From Abditibacterium sp. (GTDB lineage Bacteria > Armatimonadota > Abditibacteriia > Abditibacteriales > Abditibacteriaceae), in the NCBI GenBank assembly GCA_965199495.1, contig CBDASK010000003.1, forward strand, positions 800,001 to 864,000: 64,000 nt of DNA, in the 5' to 3' direction. This document shows positions 1-9,501 of the stretch, one piece after another (position 1 is the stretch's first letter; each line of letters starts with the position of its first letter). The translations under genes were made by a program, and so were the position numbers. The notes beneath the pieces are model-generated. The model was not told where the DNA came from. It made no database searches and saw only the letters and a list, made by a program, of their open reading frames with translations.

Positions 1-663
1 GAATCGAACCCGGCGGCGCTGCAATGGTTACTCAAACAGGGCCTGCCGCTCGTCGCGCTTTCACACGCGCCGGTCGCGCCCTATCGCGTGCGCATCGATC
101 ACGGCGAAGTCGCTTATCGTGGCGCGACCGAACTGGCCCGGCGTGGCTGCCAGCGCATCGCGCTGTGGATTCCGGCGGGCGTCGGAATTGGGCCGGACGA
201 GACGAGCGCCGACTTCGAGGAATTGACGCAATTCAAGCGCGCGCTGGAAGAAAATAAGGCGAAATACGATGAAAAATTGGTTTTCAACCTTTCGCAATTG
301 AGCGCGAACGTGCCCGCGACGCCGCTGGGCAGCAATCGCGAGCAGGGCAAAAACGCCGCGCTCGAAGTTTTCGGCGGCGACAAATCGAATTGGCCCGATG
401 GCATCGTCTGCCTCGATGACATGATGGCGCTGGGCGCCTTGGCCGAAATGCGCAAACTACGCGTCGCTTTGGGCGAAGATGTGCAGTTCGCCACGCACAG
501 CAACGTCGGCTCGTCGTTGCTCATCGGTTTTGGCGACGATTTGATTCTGCTTCAGATCGATCCGGCCCGCGTGGCTGGTGCGATGTCGCAGATGTTGGAA
601 TCATTGCTGCGCGGCGAAGAGATTCGCGAACCGGTTGTGGCAGTCGGGCCGAGTGTGGGTTAG
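1..663 (+). CDS. LacI/GntR-type transcriptional regulator, C-terminal sugar-binding domain (5' truncated by window)
   Basis: Frame open from base 1 (ESNPAALQWLL...); motifs PDGIVCLDDMMALG and LGEDV typical of the LacI effector domain. Confidence 0.8.
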   Translation, partial: ESNPAALQWLLKQGLPLVALSHAPVAPYRVRIDHGEVAYRGATELARRGCQRIALWIPAGVGIGPDETSADFEELTQFKRALEENKAKYDEKLVFNLSQLSANVPATPLGSNREQGKNAALEVFGGDKSNWPDGIVCLDDMMALGALAEMRKLRVALGEDVQFATHSNVGSSLLIGFGDDLILLQIDPARVAGAMSQMLESLLRGEEIREPVVAVGPSVG

Positions 664-694
664 TTGCGGATGACGGATTGGGGGGGGGCGCGAT

Positions 695-828
695 TGTCAT
701 TTCGAGCGAAGCCGAGAAATCTGTTGCCCGCGCGGCAGCGCAAGTTCAATCTACATCTACGTTCAGGCTCTCGCCTCGTTTCCGCTGGCGCGGGGCCGAA
801 AGATTTCTCGGCTTCGCTCGAAATGACA
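695..828. repeat. Palindromic element, TGTCATTTCGAG family
   Basis: Perfect 28-bp inverted arms 695-722/801-828; spacer ends match the element at 8630 in reverse orientation. Confidence 0.9.
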
Positions 829-865
829 TCGCGCGCCATCCGAAATCCGTAATCCGTAATCCGAA

Positions 866-1999
866 ATGCACCTTTTCCTCAGCGTCGGCGATTTATCCGG
901 CGATATTCACTGTGCCGCGCTCGTGCGCGAATTGTTGAAGCGCCATCCCGATTGGCAAATCAGCGCGCTGGCCGGAGCAGCCACGGCGGCGGCGGGCGCG
1001 ACCATTATCGGCGATACAGGCGGTTTGGGCGTCATAGGATTTAGTTCGGCCCTCGCGGTCGTGCCGCGCAGTTTGCGACTCAAAAAACGCGCGTTTCAAT
1101 GGCTCGAAGCCAACCAGCCCGACGCGGCGATTTTGTGCGATTGGGGCGGTTTTAATACGCGCATTTTGCCCAATTTGAACGCGGCGAAAATCCCGGTTTT
1201 CTATTATTTCCCGCCGCGTTCGTGGCAAAAAGCGGGCGATGGCGGTTTGGGTATCGCGCCACATTGCGCGCGCATCGCGACGCCGTTTCCGTGGTCGGCC
1301 AAGCGATTGAACGAAGCAGGCGGCAAAGCCAGTTGGGTCGGTCATCCAATTTTGGAGCGATTGCAAAATGCAACGCCGCGCGAACAGTTGCGCGCCGAAT
1401 TCGGCGTCGCGCGAGGCGAAACGTTTATCGCGCTGTTGCCCGGCTCGCGTTCGATGGAACTGAAAAGTATCGCTCCGCACGTTGCGCGCGCGGTCGAAAT
1501 CTTGGCAAAACCCAATCGCGCCTTCGCCGTGGCTGCTGCGCCCGGCGCGGCGCCCGCGCTCCGCAAAATCTTCGGCGATAACATTCAAATCATCGAAGAC
1601 CGCACCTTTGATATTCTGCGCGCCGCCGATTTCGCCATCGTCAAAAGCGGCACTTCGACGCTCGAAGCCGCCGTCGCCAATTGTCCGCAAATCGTGGTTT
1701 ACGACGCGCCGCGCGCGCTGCACTGGCAAGTCGCGCTGACTGGTTTGAGAAAGAAAATCCCATTTATCGGTATGCCCAACGTCATCGCCGGGCGCTCGAT
1801 TATTCCAGAAATTTTAGGCGACGATTGTCGCGAGAAAAACATCGCGCAAGCCGTCGAATCTATTTTGGGTGACGCCACCAAACTCGCCCAAATGAGCCTC
1901 GATTACGCCCTCGTCAGGCGCGAATTAGGCGCCGATTTGCCGCGCGGCGCGACAGCAGCCACGGCGGATGGAATCGAAGAAATGCTGATTAACAGATAA
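866..1999 (+). CDS. lpxB: Lipid-A-disaccharide synthase
   Basis: GDLSGD, VGHP, LLPGSR, KSGTSTLE and MPN motifs; lipid A cluster context. Confidence 0.93.
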   Translation: MHLFLSVGDLSGDIHCAALVRELLKRHPDWQISALAGAATAAAGATIIGDTGGLGVIGFSSALAVVPRSLRLKKRAFQWLEANQPDAAILCDWGGFNTRILPNLNAAKIPVFYYFPPRSWQKAGDGGLGIAPHCARIATPFPWSAKRLNEAGGKASWVGHPILERLQNATPREQLRAEFGVARGETFIALLPGSRSMELKSIAPHVARAVEILAKPNRAFAVAAAPGAAPALRKIFGDNIQIIEDRTFDILRAADFAIVKSGTSTLEAAVANCPQIVVYDAPRALHWQVALTGLRKKIPFIGMPNVIAGRSIIPEILGDDCREKNIAQAVESILGDATKLAQMSLDYALVRRELGADLPRGATAATADGIEEMLINR

Positions 2000-2057
2000 A
2001 ACAATCGAAGGCGGCACCGCGCTTGCATCTTTGATTTTTCCCAAAAGGAACACAATT

Positions 2058-2303
2058 ATGGACATCAACCAAATTCAAGAGAAAATCGCGGAACACATGG
2101 AAGTCGTCGGTTCGGATGGCGAACACGTCGGCATCGTTGACCATTTGCAGGACGGCAAACTCAAGCTGACCAAGCACGATTCCAACTCCGATGGCGTGCA
2201 TCATTTCATCGAGCTTTCGACCATCGCCAGCATTGATACTTTCGTCACGCTCAACGTAACGGCTGACGAAGCGCAGGATGATTGGGAAGACGGCGAAGAA
2301 TAA
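2058..2303 (+). CDS. DUF2171-like small protein
   Basis: IAEHMEVVGSDGEHVGIVDH...KLTK...DGVHHFI pattern; AAGGA upstream of ATG 2058. Confidence 0.8.
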   Translation: MDINQIQEKIAEHMEVVGSDGEHVGIVDHLQDGKLKLTKHDSNSDGVHHFIELSTIASIDTFVTLNVTADEAQDDWEDGEE

Positions 2304-2320
2304 AATTTGTCGGTAGAATC

Positions 2321-2355
2321 AAACGGGATAAGTCAAATTGACTTGTCCCGTTTTT
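2321..2355 (+). terminator. Intrinsic terminator
   Basis: Hairpin AAACGGGATAAGTC/GACTTGTCCCGTTT followed by a T run. Confidence 0.65.
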
Positions 2356-2374
2356 GGTTGGGGAAAAAATAAAA

Positions 2375-2644
2375 ATGGACGAACTCATCGAAAAATTATC
2401 GCACATGAACAGCGCCGAAATGCAGCGTTTTTGCGAACTTGACGAAAACGAAGAAGAGCCAGCCGCCTTCAAACTTGAATCCTGCTTGCTGGAAATCATT
2501 GGTCAGCGCCTGCAATCGGAAACTTTTGGCGACGAAGACGAAGAAACCGTCGCCGAAAACTTGTTGCGCCAGTGCGTCGAAGCGATGGATATTCCCACGA
2601 CACTCGGCATGATTTTGACTTTGACCGACGAAGACGGCGAATAA
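2375..2644 (+). CDS. Small acidic hypothetical protein
   Basis: ORF fills the intergenic gap; protein-like composition. Confidence 0.6.
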   Translation: MDELIEKLSHMNSAEMQRFCELDENEEEPAAFKLESCLLEIIGQRLQSETFGDEDEETVAENLLRQCVEAMDIPTTLGMILTLTDEDGE

Positions 2645-2699
2645 TTCACGCTCTTAACGTTGACCAATGCGCGCGGCGCGTTAAAATAGATTCTCTTCT

Positions 2700-4514
2700 A
2701 TGGAAAATCTTAAACGCCTGTTGCCCTATTTGGCACCGCATCGCGGGATGATTATTTTGAGCCTGATTTTGACCGCATTATCGGGGGTGATGGCGACGGG
2801 ATTCGTGTGGCTTGCCACCAACGTTATCGAGCCGCTTATCTCAAATGCTGGCGTGCCAGCAGCGCAGCGTTTAGCAAGCCTCAATCTCGCAGTTTTGGCG
2901 ATCATTGGTTTTTCGATGCTGCAAACGGCGGTCAATTTCGGTCAGCAATACTTCACCCAGCGCACGGGACAACGCGTTTTGTTTCGGTTGCGCGAAGATT
3001 TGTTTTGCCATTTTCAGTCGCTTTCTGTCTCATTTTTCGAGCGCAAGCGCACCGGAGAAATCATGAGCCGCCTCACCAACGACATCGGTTCGTTGCAAGC
3101 CATCTTGACCGACGCCGTCAAAACCGTGGCGGGCGGGCCAATCGCGATTGTGGGTTTGGTCGGCTATATGTTTTGGGCGAACTGGCGTTTGTCGCTGTTT
3201 GTTTTGGTCGTTTTGCCACCGGTCTCGTGGCTCATCGGGCGCGGCGGGCGCCGCATCCGCGCGGCAACGCATCGTCTGCAAGTGCAAAACGCGATTTTGA
3301 CCAATTATCTGCAAGAAAAAATCTCCGCGATTCGCCTGATTCAGACGTTTGGCACCAGCAACTACGAAAACCGGCTTTTCAAAGAGACCAACGACGAGGC
3401 CTATGAAGCGACGATGACGCCGATTCGCATCGCGGCTTCGCTGGCGCCGAGCATCGAACTTATCGGCATGGCTGGCGTGGTGGCTTCGCTGTGGTTTGGC
3501 GGTCACGACGTGATTGAGGGAAGCATGAAGGCCAAACATCTGTTTGGTTTCGTGCTGGCGATGCAGCAAACCGGCGCCAGAGCCAAGTCGCTGGGCAACC
3601 TGAATCTCATCATCAAAGGCGCCGAAGCCGCCGCCGCGCGTTTGTGGGAAATTTTGGATACCAAACCCGAAATCGTCAACGCGCCCGGCGCCATCGCCCT
3701 GCCGCGCGCTACAGTCGCTGGCCACATCAAATTCGACAACGTGCGCTTTGCCTACGAAGATGGGCCGGAAGTTTTGAAGGGCGTTTCGTTCGAGATTAAA
3801 CCCGGCCAAGTGCTGGCGTTGGCCGGATTGAGCGGTTCGGGCAAAACCACAATCGCCGCGCTGTTGCCGCGCCTTTACGATCCAACGGGCGGCAAAGTCA
3901 CGCTCGATGGCCACGATTTGCGCGACGTTGACTTGCAATCGCTGCGCGATATGATCGGCGCCGTGCCCCAAGACGTGACGCTGTTTCACGGTTCGGTGCG
4001 CGACAACATTTCGTATGGCTCGCCCGATGCGACGCTCGAACAGATCGTTCAGGCCGCGCGCCGCGCCAACGCCGACGACTTCATTCGCGCCCTGCCCGGC
4101 GGCTACGATTCGCCAATTGGCGAAGGCGGCATCGGCTTTTCGGGTGGCCAACGCCAGAGATTAGCGATTGCGCGCGCGTTGCTGCGCGACCCAAAGTTGC
4201 TCATCTTGGATGAAGCCACGTCGGCTCTGGACGCCGAAAGCGAGGGCGCCGTGCAGGACGCGCTCGCCGAATTGATGAAAGGCCGCACGACGTTGATCAT
4301 CGCTCACCGTTTCTCGACAATCGTCGGCGCCGACCAAATTTTGGTAATGGATCAGGGCAACATCATCGAACGCGGTACGCACGCCGGTTTGTTGGCGCAA
4401 AAAGGGCAATATTGGAAGCTCTATCAAATGCAAGCGTTTCAGGCCAAACGCGGCGAAATCGAAGCGCAGGAAGCCAAAGATTCGTTGCGCGATGTCGAGA
4501 TTTCGGCGGCTTAG
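2700..4514 (+). CDS. msbA: MsbA-like ABC exporter (lipid A flippase)
   Basis: TM domain plus Walker A GLSGSGKT, signature FSGGQRQR and ILDEATSALD; lipid A cluster context. Confidence 0.8.
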   Translation: MENLKRLLPYLAPHRGMIILSLILTALSGVMATGFVWLATNVIEPLISNAGVPAAQRLASLNLAVLAIIGFSMLQTAVNFGQQYFTQRTGQRVLFRLREDLFCHFQSLSVSFFERKRTGEIMSRLTNDIGSLQAILTDAVKTVAGGPIAIVGLVGYMFWANWRLSLFVLVVLPPVSWLIGRGGRRIRAATHRLQVQNAILTNYLQEKISAIRLIQTFGTSNYENRLFKETNDEAYEATMTPIRIAASLAPSIELIGMAGVVASLWFGGHDVIEGSMKAKHLFGFVLAMQQTGARAKSLGNLNLIIKGAEAAAARLWEILDTKPEIVNAPGAIALPRATVAGHIKFDNVRFAYEDGPEVLKGVSFEIKPGQVLALAGLSGSGKTTIAALLPRLYDPTGGKVTLDGHDLRDVDLQSLRDMIGAVPQDVTLFHGSVRDNISYGSPDATLEQIVQAARRANADDFIRALPGGYDSPIGEGGIGFSGGQRQRLAIARALLRDPKLLILDEATSALDAESEGAVQDALAELMKGRTTLIIAHRFSTIVGADQILVMDQGNIIERGTHAGLLAQKGQYWKLYQMQAFQAKRGEIEAQEAKDSLRDVEISAA

Positions 4515-4523
4515 ACTATTTTT

Positions 4524-4820
4524 AGCCACAAAGGACACGAAGGAAACACAAAGGGCACAAAGAGATTAAAACATAGAAGAATTAGGAGTTACGCAGTTGA
4601 ACATTTTTCGTAGCTTGAAAGCTACGGCAGATGGCACTTCGTGCCGAACGTGCTTCGCACTTGGTGTTCATTTCAGTGCGCAGCACGTTCGGCGCAGCCA
4701 TCTGCCGTAGGCTTTAGCCTACGAATGCGTAAGTCCTAAGAACCATAATTTTGCTTTCATAAAATTAATTTCTTCTCATCTCTTTGTGTTCTTTGTGTGT
4801 TCTCCGCGTCCTTGGTGGCT
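4524..4820. repeat. Triple-nested palindromic element
   Basis: Outer AGCCAC..CACAAAG arms 4524-4565/4779-4820; middle TTAGGAGTTACGCA/TGCGTAAGTCCTAA 4582-4595/4726-4739; inner CTACGGCAGA-family arms ~4607-4661/4675-4725. Confidence 0.88.
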
Positions 4821-4827
4821 TGTCTCC

Positions 4828-6189
4828 ATGTTTCGATTTTTCAATTTTTTAGTTACCCCGTTCGTGCCTGCGCTCTGGCTTTATACGTTGCATCGCCGCT
4901 TCGTCCGAGGCAAATCGGCGGATTCTTATCGCGGACAATGGGGCCAAATCACGCCGCAGATGCGCGCATTTGGACGTTCAAGCGGCCCGAAAATTTGGCT
5001 GCACGCGGTTTCGGTTGGCGAAACGATGGCAGCGCGGCCCATCGCGCGCGCGCTCAAAGCGCGCCTGCCCGACGCGAAAATCGTGCTATCTTCGACGACC
5101 GATACCGGACACGAAGTCGCATTATCCGCCGTGAAAGCGGGCGAAGCGGATTTGGCGATTTATTTTCCGCTCGATTTGCCATTTGTTTTGCGGCGCGTTT
5201 TAAACGCGTTGCGGCCCGATGCGATTGGCTTCGTCGAAACCGAACTTTGGCCAAATTTGTTGGAATTGTCGCGAAGACGCGGCATCCAAACTTTTCAACT
5301 CAACGGACGTGTCAGCGACAATTTGCTCAAATCGGCGCCACGATTGGGGCCACTGTGGAAATGGATGAGCGGCAATGTCGGGCAGTTTCAAATGCGCGGC
5401 GAAACGGACGCGGAACGTTTGCGCTCGCTCGGCGTGGCTGATGAAAAGATCGTGGTCGTCGGCGATGTCAAATTGGAATCACCGCCGGTTTCGAGCGACG
5501 AATTGCGGCGCAAATGGCGCGGCGAATTGGGATTGCGCGATGAAGATAAGTTATTGATTTGCGGTTCGACGCACGCGGGCGAAGAAGCGATGATTTTGGA
5601 TGCGACGCGCGAAATCGAAGGTTTGAGTTTGGCGATTGCGCCGCGTCATATCGAACGCGCTGGCGAAGTCGCGGATTTGATCGAAACGCGTGGATTCAAA
5701 GTCGCGCGGCGTTCACGCGGCGAAAATCTGAGTGGGGCGGGGCTTGCGCCCTCTTCCAATCTTTCGCTTTCTGAAATCCGATTGGAAGAGGGCGCAAGCC
5801 CCGCCCAAGCTCACTCCGGCGACACGGTTTATTTGCTCGACACCGTCGGCGAATTAAGCGATTTTTATGCGGCGGGCGATATAACTTTCGTTGGCGGTAG
5901 CTTAATTCCACGCGGCGGACATAACGTTTTGGAACCGGTTCTGCGTGGCGCACCCGTTTTATTTGGGCCGCACATGATGAATTTCCGCGCCGCCGCGCAG
6001 TTGGTGAGAGAAAATGAGTTGGGCGAACAAGTCGAAAACGCCGCTGATTTAGCGCCAGCGATAAACCGCTGGTTCGATGCAGCCACGGCGCGCGGCGAGT
6101 TTGAAGCCCGCGTGGAAAAAGCGCTGTCATCTCATCGTGGCGCGGCGGCGCGCGCGGCGGATTTGGTCGCGCAAAGGTTGGATTTATAG
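4828..6189 (+). CDS. waaA: 3-deoxy-D-manno-octulosonic acid (Kdo) transferase
   Basis: IWLHAVSVGE, ETELWPN, GSTH, APRH and GGHNVLEP motifs. Confidence 0.95.
   Translation: MFRFFNFLVTPFVPALWLYTLHRRFVRGKSADSYRGQWGQITPQMRAFGRSSGPKIWLHAVSVGETMAARPIARALKARLPDAKIVLSSTTDTGHEVALSAVKAGEADLAIYFPLDLPFVLRRVLNALRPDAIGFVETELWPNLLELSRRRGIQTFQLNGRVSDNLLKSAPRLGPLWKWMSGNVGQFQMRGETDAERLRSLGVADEKIVVVGDVKLESPPVSSDELRRKWRGELGLRDEDKLLICGSTHAGEEAMILDATREIEGLSLAIAPRHIERAGEVADLIETRGFKVARRSRGENLSGAGLAPSSNLSLSEIRLEEGASPAQAHSGDTVYLLDTVGELSDFYAAGDITFVGGSLIPRGGHNVLEPVLRGAPVLFGPHMMNFRAAAQLVRENELGEQVENAADLAPAINRWFDAATARGEFEARVEKALSSHRGAAARAADLVAQRLDL
5735..5806. repeat. In-frame intragenic palindrome (CTCTTCCAAT family) within waaA
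   Basis: Perfect 27-bp arms 5735-5761/5780-5806; encodes GAGLAPSSNLSLSEIRLEEGASPA. Confidence 0.9.
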
Positions 6190-6356
6190 TGGGAGCATTG
6201 AGCGAGCGAATAAATTCGCGGCAACATAGGGCAAAGTCCGCCTGCGCGGACTGAGATTGGAACTCCGAAGAGTCCGCACGCAGTCCGCGCAGGCGGACTT
6301 TGCCCTATGTTGCCGCGAATTTATTCGCTCGCTCAATGCTCCCACTATAAATCCAA
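6178..6356. repeat. Palindromic element, GTCCGCGCAGGCGGAC family
   Basis: Perfect 76-bp arms 6178-6253/6281-6356, including the waaA stop codon. Confidence 0.93.
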
Positions 6357-6403
6357 CTCGAAAACCGGAAACTCGCGCGCATTTGCGCGTCCAAATTCAC
6401 GCC

Positions 6404-7459
6404 TTGAACCCGTTACTTTTGCCCGCCGAACCGCTTTACCGTCGCGCCATGCGGCGGCGGCGCGCGGCCAATTTGCAGTTGCGCGAACGCGCGAATGCGC
6501 CCTGCCCGATAATTTCGGTCGGCAACCTGACGACGGGCGGAACCGGCAAAACTCCGACGACGCAGTGGATCGCGCGCGCTCTGCAAAAACGCGGATTAAC
6601 TGTCGGCGTGGCTCTGCGCGGTTACGGCGGCAAAGTCGGCGACGCGGGCGCTTTGGTTTCCGATGGCGAGCAAACGTTTTTGGGGCCGCAAATCGTCGGC
6701 GACGAGGCGGTTTTGCACGCGCGCAACTTGCCGGGCGCGATTGTAGTTGTTGCCAAAGACCGCCATCGTGCCGTCGAGTTGGCCATACAAAATGGCGCGC
6801 AAATCGTGATTTTGGACGACGGTTTTCAATTTTGGAGTTTGCCGCGCGCCTTCGATTTGGTTTTGCTGGACGCCAAACGCCCGTGGGGCAACGGGCATTT
6901 GCTTCCAGTCGGGCGTTTGCGCGAAGAAAAAACCGAATTGGGAAGGGCCGATGCCGTGTTATTGACGCGCGTCGAACGACCCTCGTTGGAAGAATTGGCG
7001 CGCACCCACGCGCAAGTCCGCGAACTGACCGATGCGCCGATTTTCGAGTCGTGGCACAAACCCAAGGATTTACGCGTTGAGACAACGGGCGAGATTTTGC
7101 CGCTTTCGGCGCTCAAAAACGGGCGCGTCAAAGCGTTCGCGGGCTTGGCCGACAACACGCAATTTTATCGGATGTTGCGCTCGCTGGGCGTCTCGTTCAT
7201 CAATACTTTGCTACGCGAGCGCGGCGATCATCACGCGTGGAAAAAGCGCGATTTCAATTGGACGGTGCCCGATACGACCGTGATGGGCGCCAACGTCGAA
7301 CGCGCGTTTGGCGCGACGGTCACGACCGAAAAAGATGCCGTAAAAGTGGATCCAGATTGGTTTTCGACGCCGCTGTGGAGTTTGCGCATCGCGCTCGAAG
7401 TGCGCGACGATGCGAACGAATTAGAAAATTTGATCTGGAAATCGCTGGAGAAAAATTAG
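6404..7459 (+). CDS. lpxK: Tetraacyldisaccharide 4'-kinase
   Basis: SVGNLTTGGTGKTP, LDDGFQ, LLPVGRLRE and TTEKDAVK motifs; start uncertain (TTG 6404 chosen because the ORF-track start lies inside the palindrome). Confidence 0.92.
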   Translation: MNPLLLPAEPLYRRAMRRRRAANLQLRERANAPCPIISVGNLTTGGTGKTPTTQWIARALQKRGLTVGVALRGYGGKVGDAGALVSDGEQTFLGPQIVGDEAVLHARNLPGAIVVVAKDRHRAVELAIQNGAQIVILDDGFQFWSLPRAFDLVLLDAKRPWGNGHLLPVGRLREEKTELGRADAVLLTRVERPSLEELARTHAQVRELTDAPIFESWHKPKDLRVETTGEILPLSALKNGRVKAFAGLADNTQFYRMLRSLGVSFINTLLRERGDHHAWKKRDFNWTVPDTTVMGANVERAFGATVTTEKDAVKVDPDWFSTPLWSLRIALEVRDDANELENLIWKSLEKN

Positions 7460-7496
7460 CCACAGCGAGAATTGAAGAATAAATTACTCTTTAGGC

Positions 7497-7643
7497 CCAC
7501 GCCTGTCATTCTGAGCGAAGAGAGGCACGAATGTAGTCGAAGAATCCACCGGTTGCGACTGAAGCTAACTTTCGTCGGTAATTTTACTTCATAGATTCTT
7601 CGACTTCGTTCGTGCCTCTCTGCGCTCAGAATGACAGGCGTGG
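7497..7643. repeat. Palindromic element, TGTCATTCTGAG family
   Basis: ~50-bp imperfect arms 7497-7546/7594-7643; sister copy at 15765. Confidence 0.88.
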
Positions 7644-7703
7644 CCATTGAGTTATTCCTATTCTGCGTTTCTGCACGAAAATAAAGTATTGAATAAAAAA
7701 ATT

Positions 7704-8603
7704 ATGAATCGTAATTTAATTGAGACTGCCGCGATGGGCGCGGTCGGGCGCGTTTTCGAGACGCTTTCGTTTGATGCGTGCCGCTACGCGGGGGCATGGC
7801 TGGGATTGGGCATTTATGCGGCGCTGGGCAAAAGGCGCCCGATTTCGATCAATAATGTTCGTCTGGCGCTGGGCGTTTCTCCGGCGCGCGCCAATCAAAT
7901 TGTGCGGCGAGCGGTGATGAATTTCGGCATGACCTACGCCGAGTTCATGCACCTGCGCGTGGCCACGCGCGAAGAAGTGCGCGCCTATTCGTGGATCGAG
8001 GGTTTGGAACACGTCGAAAGCGCGCGCGCGGCGGGCAAAGGCGCGATTTTGCTGACGGCACATCTGGGCAACTGGGAAGTTATGGGCGCGCGCGCGGCGC
8101 AGGAGTTTCCGCTCACGGTCGTCGCGCGCCCGGCGGGCAACGCGGGCGTGCAAAGTTACATTGACGCCGGGCGCGCGGCGAGTGGAATCGGCGTGATTTC
8201 CAAATACGACAACGGGCGCGCTCCATTGCGGGTTTTGAAAAATAACGAAACGCTGGGCATTTTGCCCGACCAACACGCCGGAAGCGAGGGCGAATTGCTG
8301 CCGATGTTCGGCCAACCAACGCGCGTCTGGAGCGCGATTGCAAGGTTGGCGATGATGTCGGGCGCGCGCGTCGTGCCCGCGTTTGGCGTGCGACAAACGC
8401 CGTTTTTGGCCGACGGACGTATCGTCGCCAAAGTCAGTCCGAGTTGGAACGTTCCAAAATCAAACGATAAAAACGCCGCGATTCATGCGGGCACGCGCCG
8501 CACGGTGGCCGAATTAGAACGCATTATCGCCGCGCATCCCGACCAATGGCTGTGGCTTCATCGGCGCTGGCGCGAAGCCGATGGCGCGGTTTTTCCCGAT
8601 TGA
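7704..8603 (+). CDS. lpxL: Lipid A late acyltransferase (LpxL/HtrB family)
   Basis: TAHLGNWE, LPDQ and PDQWLWLHRRW motifs. Confidence 0.88.
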   Translation: MNRNLIETAAMGAVGRVFETLSFDACRYAGAWLGLGIYAALGKRRPISINNVRLALGVSPARANQIVRRAVMNFGMTYAEFMHLRVATREEVRAYSWIEGLEHVESARAAGKGAILLTAHLGNWEVMGARAAQEFPLTVVARPAGNAGVQSYIDAGRAASGIGVISKYDNGRAPLRVLKNNETLGILPDQHAGSEGELLPMFGQPTRVWSAIARLAMMSGARVVPAFGVRQTPFLADGRIVAKVSPSWNVPKSNDKNAAIHAGTRRTVAELERIIAAHPDQWLWLHRRWREADGAVFPD

Positions 8604-8629
8604 TTCTAATGATGGGATTCGAGGATCAA

Positions 8630-8846
8630 GCGGTCGTCTTGAAAAATTACGCGATAGACCTCGCCTGTCATTTCGAGTGAGGCACGAACCGAGAAATCTT
8701 GCGGCCCCGCGCCAGCGGATATAACGCGCTCGTTTCAACACCAAAAATTTCTGACTTGCGTTGCCGCGCGGGCGAAAGATTTCTCGGTTCGTGCCTCACT
8801 CGAAATGACAGGCGAGGTCTATCGCGTAATTTTTCAAGACGACCGC
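8630..8846. repeat. Palindromic element, TGTCATTTCGAG family, with extended arms
   Basis: Perfect 71-bp arms 8630-8700/8776-8846 between convergent genes. Confidence 0.93.
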
Positions 8847-8852
8847 GATCGT

Positions 8853-9500
8853 CTATTCGCTCGCCACGCGCGGCAACAAGTCGGCAACGGCAAATTCGAC
8901 TTCGGGTTGCCACAACGTCGCGGCGTGGCTGCTTTCGGGCACGATGAGGCGCACGCTGTAACCCCAGCCAAACGGCATCGCCGAATCGCGTTGCGTGCCG
9001 CGATGAATTTCGAGTTGGCGCTCTTCCACGTTCAATATCCAATACTCCGTGATTCCGGCGCGCGCATAAGCCGAGGCTTTGGCGCGGCGGTCAAAGGAAA
9101 GAGTCGCGTCCGAAACTTCCAATGCGAGCAAAACATCGTCTGGCGCCGGATGATTTTGGTAATCGTCGTCGGTGCCGCGCGCCAAAACCAAATCGGGTTC
9201 GGGTTCGGAAGTTTCGTTCAACCGAATCGGAAGCTGAATTCGGATGGCAACCTGGCCACCAAAAGCTGTGAAGAATGCGAGACTGGTTTTGCTAACCGCC
9301 ATCGCGTGCGGGCCGAGCATTGCTGCCATTTTGTCGTAAATTACTCCTTCAATTAATTCGACGCGGCGCCCTTCAAAGGCTCCGGCTTCGGTCAAGAGTT
9401 GATACTCGTGCCACGTTAACGCATGAGCGCGTGGCTCCTCGATTTGCGGCGAGAGCGCGCCCGCTTGAATCGCGATTTGTGGGCGTTCCAATGTTTGCAT
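8853..9500 (-). CDS. Uma2 (DUF820) family endonuclease
   Basis: RVELIEG, SEPEPDL, LEVSD and KASAYARAGITEYWILN motifs. Confidence 0.92.
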   Translation of the reverse strand: MQTLERPQIAIQAGALSPQIEEPRAHALTWHEYQLLTEAGAFEGRRVELIEGVIYDKMAAMLGPHAMAVSKTSLAFFTAFGGQVAIRIQLPIRLNETSEPEPDLVLARGTDDDYQNHPAPDDVLLALEVSDATLSFDRRAKASAYARAGITEYWILNVEERQLEIHRGTQRDSAMPFGWGYSVRLIVPESSHAATLWQPEVEFAVADLLPRVASE

Positions 9501-9501
9501 T

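Noticed and set aside
664..866. Small ORFs, a G9 tract and ATCCGTA heptamers
   Set aside because: The ORFs translate the palindrome; the G tract is non-coding and the heptamers look like remnants of an outer repeat
3030..4151. Long antisense ORFs (also 893-1729, 14226-15185, 61413-62420)
   Set aside because: Shadow frames of well-supported genes in GC-rich DNA
6257..6403. N-terminal extension of LpxK; likewise ORF-track starts at 13344, 32080 and 4786
   Set aside because: These extensions run through palindromic elements and do not resemble the protein families; downstream starts fit better
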